A DNA stretch of 50,122 nt from Amoebidium appalachense (GCA_963693365.1 CAVNZM010000032.1:1-50122); one strand, 5' to 3'. Shown: positions 39,117 to 48,378, counted from the first letter of the stretch. A program made the numbers and translations. The notes: a model not told the origin generated them from the letters alone.

Positions 39117-39800
39117 TGTGGATCATGGATGGACAGACTGCTCGCTACTGACTGCTTGGCAAGGTTGTCGGGCTGAATACATGACTGTGAGCCGCGGTGA
39201 CGCAATCAAAACCCACCCGACTGGACCACGATGACGCAATGGCCACAAAATTGAACAAAACGAGCCAATGGTATCGGAAGGATATTATCTGCCCAATCAC
39301 ATTCGGTCGCTGAACATAAAAAAAAAGGCATGTGATTGGACTGAGCTTTTGTGTATCGCATATCTGCATCCAATAGCAATCGAGGTATTTTTGTTGTGCA
39401 TCCGACGTGCGCATCCAATGGCAATCGCCCTTACAGGGGCGGCGGGGGCATGCCCGCGAGGCCCCCGTCGACGCAGTTAATGCCCGGAGCCACGCAGATG
39501 CCCCCGACTCAACCCCGACAGCTACCGCGACATGGTGACTCGCGGCGTGGGCGTCTTGCGCTGGCGCTCACCTGGAGGGAGCCTGCCAGTCAGGGTCCTG
39601 GTAGTCTGCCCGTGTGAGGGGGGCGGCGCCACGGAATTGGCGCCGTGACTTCACGGACTGCTTTCCCATTTTGATACGTCCAGGTTGCTTGCGCCCTCTC
39701 GCCCGGCGAGCGGGCGGCGACGCAATCGAGGACTCGGGAGGGTATAAAGAGCCATGTTGCATGCAGGGGGTGCCAGTCTGCACGATCGACCGAACCGACC

Positions 39801-40316
39801 ATGGCTTTTGAGCAGGATCTCAGACTGTTTGTCAACCGCCTCTCCCTGTTTGTGTCCAGCATGACGTTCGACTCGAACGGCGCCGGGCAGGTGGCCAGCC
39901 GGCCGCTGCAGCTGCGGGCACGGCTCGGACAGGGCGACACGATGCTCTCGGACACGATGCTGGCGCTGCAGTCGGTGGAGTCGTCCAATCGCGACGGGCT
40001 GAACCACCTGACGTTCTCGACGTGTCCACTGGAGGGGGCGGGGGATGCCGTCACCATCGACCTGGACTGGGGCAGGTCGTTCCGGCTGCGCTGGGAGCGC
40101 TGGGACACCAAGCTGTCGCTGCTGCCCCCCACCGACCCGATGGATGAGGGCATGGACGAGGGGCGGGCGGTCCCCCTGAAGGCATCGAGCCAGCGAGTCA
40201 CCCTTGTGCGGGTCGACTTCCTGAAGGACTTTGTATGGCGCGACACGGGCTGCGACGCCCTGTCGCTGGAGCTACACGAACCGGCAAAGAAAAACAGGCG
40301 GCAGCGCAGCCAATGA
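39801..40316 (+). CDS. Hypothetical protein, paralog family B
   Basis: SSNRDGLNHLTF, LLPPTDPMDE and RAVPLKASS. GTATAAAG at about 39743. Confidence 0.8.
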   Translation: MAFEQDLRLFVNRLSLFVSSMTFDSNGAGQVASRPLQLRARLGQGDTMLSDTMLALQSVESSNRDGLNHLTFSTCPLEGAGDAVTIDLDWGRSFRLRWERWDTKLSLLPPTDPMDEGMDEGRAVPLKASSQRVTLVRVDFLKDFVWRDTGCDALSLELHEPAKKNRRQRSQ

Positions 40317-40419
40317 TGCATGCATCGCGCAGTGCGTGCGTGTGTACAACTGCGCCTCGGCCACCCCCAAACAAACAAGATCACCCCTGCGCCCACAACT
40401 ATTATCCGTGCACACGGTA

Positions 40420-40810
40420 ATGTACGTGCCCGTTGCCCTACTTGCACAAGCCGCCGCCGCCGCCGCCAGCTACGTGACGCCCCCCCCGACGCCGGCGCCA
40501 ACCACCCCGACCCCCACTCCTCACCGTACTACCCAGATGCACACGGCTCATTGCGCAGACGGCCACCGCAGCGCCCGTGTGCTCGCAGGTGCCGGTGCCG
40601 GGGGTGGGGTGCGGGTGGCTGTGCCGCACGGTGGTGCCGCAGAATCCGTCGCTCGTGCCGTGCAACCAGTTTGTGGGCTGCAACCTCTACCGACCGGACC
40701 CCAAGACCGGCGGGGTGCTGCGGTGCAAGCGGCGCAGGGCCACGTCGATGCCGTGCGCGCCGGACTTCTGCTGCGTCAAGCCTGCTGGCATCGGTGCAGC
40801 AGGGATATAA
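40420..40810 (+). pseudogene. Small secreted Pro/Thr-linker, Cys-rich protein with an apparent frameshift
   Basis: MYVPVALLAQAAAAAASYVTPPPTPAPTTP continues after C-runs (about 40480-40515) in another frame as LLTVLPRC..VCSQVPVPGVGCGWLC..CNQFVGC..FCCVKP. Confidence 0.45.
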
Positions 40811-40900
40811 ACTCTTCTCCAGTCATCGGCACCCAATGAGGATGCCACGCGCAGGTATTTAAGTGGCATGCACGGCCAATTGAGGTCAGTCTCACACAGC

Positions 40901-41851
40901 ATGGCTGGCGAGCAGGAAAAAAAAGGCGACATGTCGTTTCTTTGGAAGGAGTTCCCCCAGTTCAAGGGCACCACTGTGCGAATCGACAAGCCCAGCAAAA
41001 TGGCAAGTGTCCTTGATGTTCTGCAGCTGATCTTGGAGAGCAACGAGGCAGCCAAGAAGTCGTGGCAGCGAATCCAGTTGTCCGATGACTACAAACAACT
41101 CGAGGAAAAGATGGGGACTCTGTGTCCCCAAGTCCGGATCAATGGCACTGGCAAACTTACCCCCGTTGCCCCCTTCCGCACCCTCCTCGAGATCATCTAC
41201 CTGCTCCCCGGCAAGCGCGCTCACGATTTCCGCAAGACTTCTGCCCAGTACATGGCGCGCCTGCTCTCTGGCGATTTGCTTCTCATCGAGGAGATCGAGG
41301 CGCGCTACGACGCCAGCACCCCCGAGGAGCGTGACTTCTTCCGCAACGGCACCGACGAGACCCCCGACCGCAAGCGCCGCCGCGAGGAGCTCGAGGGCGA
41401 GCGCCGGCTGCGTCTGCGCCGCGAGGAGGCGGCCGTGCGCGACCTGGAGGCCGACGTGCGCGCCAAGGAGATCGCCAACCGCGTGAGGGAGATGGAGTCC
41501 CTTGCCGCGTACCGCGCCATGCTCGGCGACTTCGGCCTCGACAGGGACCCGCGCATGCGCATGCTGCTCAACGACACCGTGGCCAACATGCTGGTGCCCA
41601 CCGCGGACCGCCGGGCCATCGAGGCGTCGGACTCCGCGCTCGCCGACTACGTGACCGTCGGGAAGTTCCTCGTCGACCGCGGCATCACGGACAGGTCCAG
41701 CAGCGCGCTCGGCCGCCAGCTCGCGCGCGCCTGGCGCGACCAGGAGGGCGGCGAGCCCGAGGAGACGCTCAAGATGGTGCAGGGCGACATGCGGCCCGTC
41801 AAGGTGTACCCCGTGCGCTTCCTGGAGAGGCACGTGCTGGGGTGGCAGTAA
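40901..41851 (+). CDS. Bro-N-like/antirepressor-like DNA-binding protein
   Basis: VRID...ASVLDVL..RINGTGKLTPVA..LLPGKRAHDFR..RLLSGD is homologous to the 6857-7643 repeats. Coiled coil, then C-terminal GRQLARAW..VKVYP. Confidence 0.65.
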   Translation: MAGEQEKKGDMSFLWKEFPQFKGTTVRIDKPSKMASVLDVLQLILESNEAAKKSWQRIQLSDDYKQLEEKMGTLCPQVRINGTGKLTPVAPFRTLLEIIYLLPGKRAHDFRKTSAQYMARLLSGDLLLIEEIEARYDASTPEERDFFRNGTDETPDRKRRREELEGERRLRLRREEAAVRDLEADVRAKEIANRVREMESLAAYRAMLGDFGLDRDPRMRMLLNDTVANMLVPTADRRAIEASDSALADYVTVGKFLVDRGITDRSSSALGRQLARAWRDQEGGEPEETLKMVQGDMRPVKVYPVRFLERHVLGWQ

Positions 41852-41911
41852 ACGGCCGCGCGCGCCGGGGTACTTAAGCAGCTCCTTGTATATTTTGTCT
41901 CCATTTACACA

Positions 41912-42325
41912 ATGGATCCTCCATGCAACACCCCGCCCAAGAAAGTCTTTGCATGCACCGACTGCGAGCGAACGTTCACCATCAAGGCGAACATGGAAAG
42001 GCACCGCGCGTTGCACTCGGGCAGTCGCCCGTACGGCTGCACCCAGCAGGGCTGCTTTGCCACGTTTGCGCGCAGCGACCACCTGAAGCTGCACGTCAGG
42101 ATGCACACCGGCGAGCGACCCTTCGTGTGCGATATTTGCAATGCCGACTTCCCGTACCCCTCAGCGCTATGGATGCACCGGCGCGGCGTCCACGAGAACA
42201 AGACATCCGTGCCGCGGGTGCGCGGTGCCCTGCGGTGCCCGTCTGAGGGGTGCGAGTGTACGTTTACCCGGTCGCCCGCGCTCAACTACCACGTCAAGAA
42301 CGCACACCCCGAGCTGGTGCAATGA
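41912..42325 (+). CDS. C2H2 zinc-finger protein (4 fingers)
   Basis: CxxC/CxxxxC..HxxxH fingers with HSGSRPY and HTGERPF linkers. Confidence 0.93.
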   Translation: MDPPCNTPPKKVFACTDCERTFTIKANMERHRALHSGSRPYGCTQQGCFATFARSDHLKLHVRMHTGERPFVCDICNADFPYPSALWMHRRGVHENKTSVPRVRGALRCPSEGCECTFTRSPALNYHVKNAHPELVQ

Positions 42326-42410
42326 TATTTGTCAAACTGGTGTGTTGAAGCCGTCATCTCCAGACCCACGTACCGGAAATACCCTTAGCCGACCTACCTT
42401 GTCCACCGAG

Positions 42411-42514
42411 CCTACAACATCGAGACGACCCAGATGGTGGTCAACGGGGACGTGCGCACGTTCAAGCTGTACCCTGTGAGCTTCCTGGAGAAGCACGTGC
42501 TGGGGTGGCATTAG
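42411..42514 (+). pseudogene. 3' remnant of a duplicate of the 40901-41851 gene
   Basis: ETTQMVVNGDVRTFKLYPVSFLEKHVLGWH* versus ETLKMVQGDMRPVKVYPVRFLERHVLGWQ*. Confidence 0.8.
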
Positions 42515-42571
42515 ATCTTTTTATTCCAAGACCGCAGTTTTGCTGTGGCCGAAAGCCTGTCCGATCGGTGA

Positions 42572-42831
42572 TGTCTAGAAGGTGTCTATGGACCTGTCTA
42601 GCGGATCTGTCTAGAGGCACGCTACTGACTAGTATGTGTCTATGTATATTTATATATAAATATAGTAATATTATTTGTAAAATGGAGAGTTTATAGACAA
42701 ATAGACACATAGACAGTCGATTTTGATTTCACTGCAAAAGGTAATAAATCCGGTTCCTACTATCCAAATGGAGCCCCCTGTGGTATCCCGATGTGGGTAT
42801 GGGGTCAGGTGTCTAGCTGTCTATCTGTCTA
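42572..42831. other. Iteron-like replication origin candidate
   Basis: TGTCTA at 42572, 42583, 42595, 42608 and 42637. Perfect 20-bp AT palindrome at 42645-42664. TAGACA at 42694, 42702 and 42710. TGTCTA at 42810, 42818 and 42826. Confidence 0.6.
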
Positions 42832-42840
42832 TTGACATGT

Positions 42841-44289
42841 TTAGTATTCGATGATCTTGGCAAAAGCTACTCGGTAGCCTTTGGTGGGGGTGGAGTTTGG
42901 GACGTGGATCGAGATCCTTTCGCCTAACACCCTTTTGAGTGTTCTGCCCATAATGGTTAAGCTTGCTTTCTTGGGGTCCTTGCCGTTTTTCTCGCACCAC
43001 TCCTTGAACAAGCTCAGCATGTTCGCTGAGTCCGTGATAACTCCATCAGAGATACCCATGTACTCGCACCCATTCCGACAGGCCACGAGATCTTTCAGGA
43101 AGGTAACGTAGTCGTCGCGGCACATGGCTTTTAGCTCGTCCTTGAGTTTGGAATCGGGTGGTGGAAGAAACAGAGCCACGGGGTTTCCATTTGGGCGGTA
43201 TTGGCGAAAGAAATGAAACAGGTGTTCAAGATTTGCTTTGTCGTCAAAGTGGTTTCTCAGATTGGTGAAGTATTCAGAGTCGCCAACTTTTAAAGGCGAC
43301 ACCTCGAAGCAGGCGCTTCTTCGATCGCTCGCCTCAACGCGCAGCGGCCACTCCTCGTTTGACATAAAGACGTAACGTTCGCAAGACCGGCGGGTCATTG
43401 AGTCAATACCCTTACGCTCGATTACCATGGTGGTATCGGTAATCATGTTCTTGAGCTGGTTATTGACCGCATGTTCACCACCAAACATGACTTCATCCAC
43501 CAGCACCAACAGCTTGTCTGCTAAGTGATTGTTGAAGTTTCCAACCAAGCGATGCTTGCTGTTCACGGTGACTACGAGGCGTTCGCCCAGCAGCTTGGAA
43601 AAGATAGTCCAGAAGACACCTTTGCCTGTGCCCTGTTTAGACATAAACAGACAGCAGCTGTCAGGCTTGGTTCCTGGGTGTTGGATGATGTGTGCGCACC
43701 ACGTGGCGAGGAAGTTGCCCATGATGGGGTTGTCAGCTGCCATCACCCTCTCCAGATGCCAGAGCATGGGTCTCACCCTCTCCATCTCCACCCTGAAACC
43801 GTCAACAGGGGCAAAGGCCATGCCCTTGTACGTGTTGAAGTTGTATATGTTGTCATCTGACGTGCAGTTGGGGTCGGAGGGGTCAAAAACAATACGCTCA
43901 AACCATGTGCACACAGGCTCACGTAGGTAGTTCTCACCCTTGTACCAGTTCTCCACCGGGTTTCCTTTCTTGTCTGTTGTGATGTACAGAAACTGCATCG
44001 ATGCCAATTTGGTAGCGACTGCGTCCTTTCCCATGATCTCAAAAACAGACCTGTTGCCGCTACTGAGCTTGACGATATACGTGTTACTTGCATGAACCAC
44101 GCTTGCTATCTTCGACTGTAGAAACTGCAGAATCTGGTTCAGATCCGCCCAGCGACCAAGGCAACTGGAAGACACAAAGCGTGGCTGTCCGTCGTCCGTG
44201 GCTAGGAACAGACGGCGCGCGACCGTGGCTTCGGCGTCGCCGCGCTGACGTTTGGGTGTAGGGCTCGCCAGCATTCTTATTGGTGGCAT
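42841..44289 (-). CDS. SF3/D5-like (NrS-1-type) helicase, copy 2
   Basis: FNTYKG, WCAHIIQHPGTKP, SKQGTGKG, FNNHLADKLLVLVDE and MSNE..VEASDRR. Colinear with copy 1. Confidence 0.88.
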   Translation of the reverse strand: MPPIRMLASPTPKRQRGDAEATVARRLFLATDDGQPRFVSSSCLGRWADLNQILQFLQSKIASVVHASNTYIVKLSSGNRSVFEIMGKDAVATKLASMQFLYITTDKKGNPVENWYKGENYLREPVCTWFERIVFDPSDPNCTSDDNIYNFNTYKGMAFAPVDGFRVEMERVRPMLWHLERVMAADNPIMGNFLATWCAHIIQHPGTKPDSCCLFMSKQGTGKGVFWTIFSKLLGERLVVTVNSKHRLVGNFNNHLADKLLVLVDEVMFGGEHAVNNQLKNMITDTTMVIERKGIDSMTRRSCERYVFMSNEEWPLRVEASDRRSACFEVSPLKVGDSEYFTNLRNHFDDKANLEHLFHFFRQYRPNGNPVALFLPPPDSKLKDELKAMCRDDYVTFLKDLVACRNGCEYMGISDGVITDSANMLSLFKEWCEKNGKDPKKASLTIMGRTLKRVLGERISIHVPNSTPTKGYRVAFAKIIEY

Positions 44290-44398
44290 AGAAAATATTT
44301 TCTCACCATGGCTGTAGTGGTCCGGGTTAGAATGTTTTGTCTCTCCCCTTGGTAAAAGCATGCACATCTGTACGTGTCGTCCTGAGAGGGGCGCTGTG

Positions 44399-44617
44399 AT
44401 GGTCAAGGAGTACAAAGTCTACAGGTGCACCATCGAGGGCTGCACGTATTCCACAACGCGCAACAGCAACTTCGCGGCGCACAGCGACAAACACACGGGT
44501 GTCCTGCGGCATGTGTGCACGCGCGCGGGGTGTGGGAGGCGGTTTCGATACGCAGTGAGTCTCAAGCGGCACATGGAGCAGCACACCCAAGACACCCCAA
44601 GCCCAGTCAAAAACTAG
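44399..44617 (+). CDS. Small C2H2 zinc-finger protein (2 fingers)
   Basis: YRCTIEGC..HSDKHTG and HVCTRAGCGRRF..LKRHMEQH. Confidence 0.8.
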   Translation: MVKEYKVYRCTIEGCTYSTTRNSNFAAHSDKHTGVLRHVCTRAGCGRRFRYAVSLKRHMEQHTQDTPSPVKN

Positions 44618-44758
44618 CGCGGGGCCTGCGTGGCTGGGAGGGGCCTGTAGGGCATGCGAGGCACAGCAGTCTCGCAGGGCCCAGAGCCTCGTGGGCCACC
44701 CATGCCCCCCGCAGCCACCCCCCGCCCCCCCTTTTCAGTAATTTTGGCGCGCGCACAT

Positions 44759-46072
44759 ATGGCGAAGCGATGGTGGGACGACGACGGCTCAGGCGAGGAC
44801 ACGTCCCGCAAGCGGCACCGCTGGGAGGAGCCGGACCCGGAGGGTGCAGACGGTACGCCCGAGCGCGAGGACGATGCGGGTGCGTTCGTGCGAAAAAGGG
44901 TGGTGCCATCCCTTGTCCCGACCACGGCGTACAATATCCAGAACTCGTTCTGGCACGACGAGTACACGCCCATCAACAACTACGTCATGGGAAGAACATC
45001 TCGAGCGGAGCTGCGCCAGCAACTGGCCTCAACGGGCAAAATCCCAGAGATTGAGGCGCATGGGCTGGGTATCAACGAAGGTGACATCGATGGATATCTC
45101 GCGGGTCTGTACGACGAGAACTGGCTCCGGAAACATGCGGCCAAGATCGCCAGCGCCGACAACGGCTACCACCCCGAAAGCAAACTGGCGGTCTGGCACT
45201 CTTCCGGTGGCTCGGGCAATTTCCTCAGGTACCAGAAGGGCGGCAAGGCATTCGTCCAGCTTAGACAGTTGGCGAACCGGATCGAATCCAGGTACAACGA
45301 CGAGGGCATGAAAAGGCAGCTTCGTGACTATTACAACATTGCCGAACCCGGAGGGGTCGAGGTGGAAACTGCGGGGCTGTACAACATGGAACACGAAAAC
45401 GAACGGCTGTGGGATGCGTTTCAGGCCGTGCAGCCACATCCGGCCGGTCTGGTCCTGTTCCGGGGTGTCCAGGGCAGACTCGCAGAGGTCATCAACCGGG
45501 AGTTGCAATCGCCGGAGGGAAGGTGCAAATCGATCCTAATCCACAACCGGATCTCCCTCAGCGCCAGTGCCGAGGCCCGGGTGGCTGTGGAGTACGCAGC
45601 CTATGCACCCGAGCCTAAACCGGAGGGGGCCTTGCTCCTGGTCCTGCGCTTTGCCCAGAGCGACACCGTGTTTCCAATTCTGGACTTGGCAGGTGCTGAT
45701 CTTACCCAATATGAGGCGCTCCTACCGCCTGGTACCATCGTCGAGGTTCAGAAATCCTCGTACAGGCCCCTCTCCGAAACCAAGACCTACACCAGCGGGT
45801 TGGGCAATAGGCAGCCGTTTCCACCGGTCGTTGACTGCATCGTGTACACACCCTTCCACCCTCTCTACCACGAGGTCTACGAGCGCTTCGCAACCCAACC
45901 CCTGCTGCTCGAGAGCCCCGCGGGCGTCACGGTGTGCGCAGCGCGCCCCTCCGCCCGCAGCCTGCTCCCGCCCCGCACCATGGCCGACGCGCTGCAGTCC
46001 GAGGACCCGCTGCTGGAGGGCGTGACCGTGGCGCTTGCCACCGTGACCGGCTGGCTCTCACGGGGAGAGTGA
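44759..46072 (+). CDS. ADP-ribosyltransferase (R-S-E clade, VIP2/C3-like fold)
   Basis: YTPINNYV, LVLFRGV (catalytic R), SLSAS (STS-like) and QYEALLPPGT (QxE). Confidence 0.75.
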   Translation: MAKRWWDDDGSGEDTSRKRHRWEEPDPEGADGTPEREDDAGAFVRKRVVPSLVPTTAYNIQNSFWHDEYTPINNYVMGRTSRAELRQQLASTGKIPEIEAHGLGINEGDIDGYLAGLYDENWLRKHAAKIASADNGYHPESKLAVWHSSGGSGNFLRYQKGGKAFVQLRQLANRIESRYNDEGMKRQLRDYYNIAEPGGVEVETAGLYNMEHENERLWDAFQAVQPHPAGLVLFRGVQGRLAEVINRELQSPEGRCKSILIHNRISLSASAEARVAVEYAAYAPEPKPEGALLLVLRFAQSDTVFPILDLAGADLTQYEALLPPGTIVEVQKSSYRPLSETKTYTSGLGNRQPFPPVVDCIVYTPFHPLYHEVYERFATQPLLLESPAGVTVCAARPSARSLLPPRTMADALQSEDPLLEGVTVALATVTGWLSRGE

Positions 46073-46312
46073 TAAGATAATATTTGTTATGTTGATTTTT
46101 CTTGACCATACTGAGGTGTCCGAGGTACGAGGACACAGCGAGTGAGGGTGTTTTGGGTTGGGTCGTTTTATGGGTATCGGTTGCATTTGCCCGGCTGGCT
46201 GGGTACCATGCGAGGCCCGCGAGGCACGCGAGGCACAGGAGCCCCCCCAGGCCCCCAGGCGGCGCGGATGGGTGACCGAGGACGACCGATATGGACTCGA
46301 CTCGGGGTGGGT

Positions 46313-47188
46313 TTATTGACGTGCCGCGGCGGCCCAGGTAGCAAACGCCGTGCGGCCATCCGCAAGCGCCTGCGCGACCTTCCCGGGGTCGACGTCCATG
46401 GGCGACGCAAACAGCCTCCGCTCCGGAGCGACCACCACGAGGCGGTCTCCGAGGCGGGTGCGGAGGTTGGCGAACTCGGTGGCCGCTAGCTCGGTGCCCG
46501 AGTCACGCTGCAGCGCATAGCAGAGCTCCATGCCCGTTTTTGGCACGGATTCTGCGGGGCAGTGCGCCAGCGAGTCGCACAGCACCGTGACGTAGATGCC
46601 GTCGAACCCATCTGCGGCATCCTCGAGTGCCTTGGTGAGGGGCACCAGCTCAGAGACGCCGCCGTCCAGAAACACGGTGCCGCCGTACTCGACGGGGGGG
46701 ACCGCGAGTGGAAGGGCCGAAGACGCGCGCATGCCGACCTGGTACTCGGGCCCTGTGAACCACCGCTCCTTCTTGTTGAGGAAGTCCCAGGCGACGCAGT
46801 GGCAGCGCGTGTAGATGTCCGCGTCGATGCCCTCCAGAAGCGCCGCCGCACGCTCCTGCAGGGTGAAGCGGCTGTACGCCGCCCCGTACAGCATTGACCC
46901 CACCACCGTCCTCCAGGTTTTCGGAAGCAGCGCCATTGCGCCACCCCACGGTTCCACAATGTCCTCCACGCACTTCAGCTCCCCCAGCTCGCGCGCCAGG
47001 TCGTCCAGGCGGTCGGCAACCACGAACGGCGCCACCAGCGCGCCGACGGACGTGCCGTACACCCTGTCGACCCGGTACAGCCCCGACGCGAGCATCCCCT
47101 GCATGAACCCGACTTGGAAGCAGCCCTTGACGCCGCCCCCGGGCAGCAGGATCCGCACACGTGTCCTGGCTTGGGAGGGTGTGCCCAT
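46313..47188 (-). CDS. Patatin-like phospholipase
   Basis: LPGGGVKG, GTSVG nucleophile elbow, RASSALP and FLDGG. Confidence 0.92.
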   Translation of the reverse strand: MGTPSQARTRVRILLPGGGVKGCFQVGFMQGMLASGLYRVDRVYGTSVGALVAPFVVADRLDDLARELGELKCVEDIVEPWGGAMALLPKTWRTVVGSMLYGAAYSRFTLQERAAALLEGIDADIYTRCHCVAWDFLNKKERWFTGPEYQVGMRASSALPLAVPPVEYGGTVFLDGGVSELVPLTKALEDAADGFDGIYVTVLCDSLAHCPAESVPKTGMELCYALQRDSGTELAATEFANLRTRLGDRLVVVAPERRLFASPMDVDPGKVAQALADGRTAFATWAAAARQ

Positions 47189-47220
47189 GTTGATGTAGGG
47201 CGCGATAAAAGTCGACGGCT

Positions 47221-47716
47221 TCATTCCAAATCCAGGGCGTTGCACACGGAGACCAGGTTCGCCCTTGCGCAGTCCAGCACGAAGGCGGCCAGCGCGGAGT
47301 AGTCGTGGGGCGGCGGCTGGCTCTGCGCGGCCAGCAGCAGCGCGAGGTACCGGTCGCGGGACCTGCCGTCTGTGTACAACGAGAGGGGAACGGCGATGTA
47401 GCGCGAGAGCAGCACGCTGACCAACAGGCGGGCCACGCGCCCGTTGCCGTTGCTGAAGGGGTGGATGTAGAGGAACTCCCCGAGGAAGTGCGCGGCGACG
47501 TGGATGGCGCCGAGGACGCCGTCGCAGGCTTGGATTGCGGTGCGCGTTCTTTCGAACAAGCGGTCCAGCGCGTCTTCGATCTTGAACGGCGCGAGGTACT
47601 GATGGCTGCAGCCGGCGGGAAGCGCGAAGCGCACCCGGTACTGGCCGGGGTTGTCGAGCAGCCCGTCCATGACCTTGCGATGGACCTCCCTCGCCAGCGC
47701 TGCCGTGAACGTGCGC
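47221..47716 (-). pseudogene. Fic/Doc protein, 5' end cut off by an LTR insertion
   Basis: EVHRKVM..NPGQYR and the canonical FLYIHPFSNGNGRVARLL. The GC-rich coding sequence stops exactly at the LTR boundary 47717. Confidence 0.88.
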
Positions 47717-48326
47717 TGTAAACATCTGTACACGCCGTACATGTTTACTATTACGAATATACTGTACATATCATCGTGATCACGTAGATATTGTGTACAT
47801 ATGATCAGATCAATATCACACGCGACAGCCGCGGGCTGCGGCTCACGACTGAGCCGCGGCGCCGGCAATATGCAGTGGCCGTGCAGTCAGTATGAACCAA
47901 TAGAATTCGAGAACCGCTAGGATAGGAATGCAAGTCTCATCCACTACGGAGGCGACATCTATAGCTAAACGAACGGAACCAATAAGGAAATCAGACCCAG
48001 TTGCATAAACCTAAACGGGCTTAAGTATTGACCAATCATTTGCCACAAAGTTATCCTTTTAGTTAGCTTCATGTTATTGGTGCACTGTGTGCACATAAAG
48101 ACGACCGCACTCTTCTGACTGGTCAGAAGTCACGAAGGCATCAATGCCACCCATCCAGATGATCCGGAACCTGGGGGCTATATAAACAAGCCGTCCCAGT
48201 ACGGGGGATCACTCTGAACGAGCACATTAAATAGTAACCTGGCCGCGTGTGCCTTACTACCCGTTCTCTGTCTTTATTCTGATTCAGTTGTTCTCTGCCT
48301 TATCCCAACTAGTTCAACTGTTTACA
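47717..48326 (+). repeat. 5' long terminal repeat (610 bp)
   Basis: Starts TGTAAACA and ends TGTTTACA (perfect 8-bp inverted ends). Internal CCAAT boxes and TATATAAA at about 48179. Confidence 0.82.
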
Positions 48327-48327
48327 T

Positions 48328-48341
48328 TGGCGACCGCGCAG
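48328..48341 (+). promoter_or_regulatory. Primer-binding site, tRNA-Arg-like
   Basis: TGGCGACCGCGCAG begins 1 nt after the LTR-terminal CA. Confidence 0.7.
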
Positions 48342-48378
48342 TTCCAGAATCTCACATCTTTCAAGAATCTCTTCAATC

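Noticed and set aside
47189-47725. N-terminal extension of patatin as given in the ORF track
   Set aside because: It is an alternative frame of the Fic gene; patatin most plausibly starts at 47188.
47717-47868. N-terminus of Fic as given in the ORF track
   Set aside because: It is antisense LTR sequence that happens to be open.
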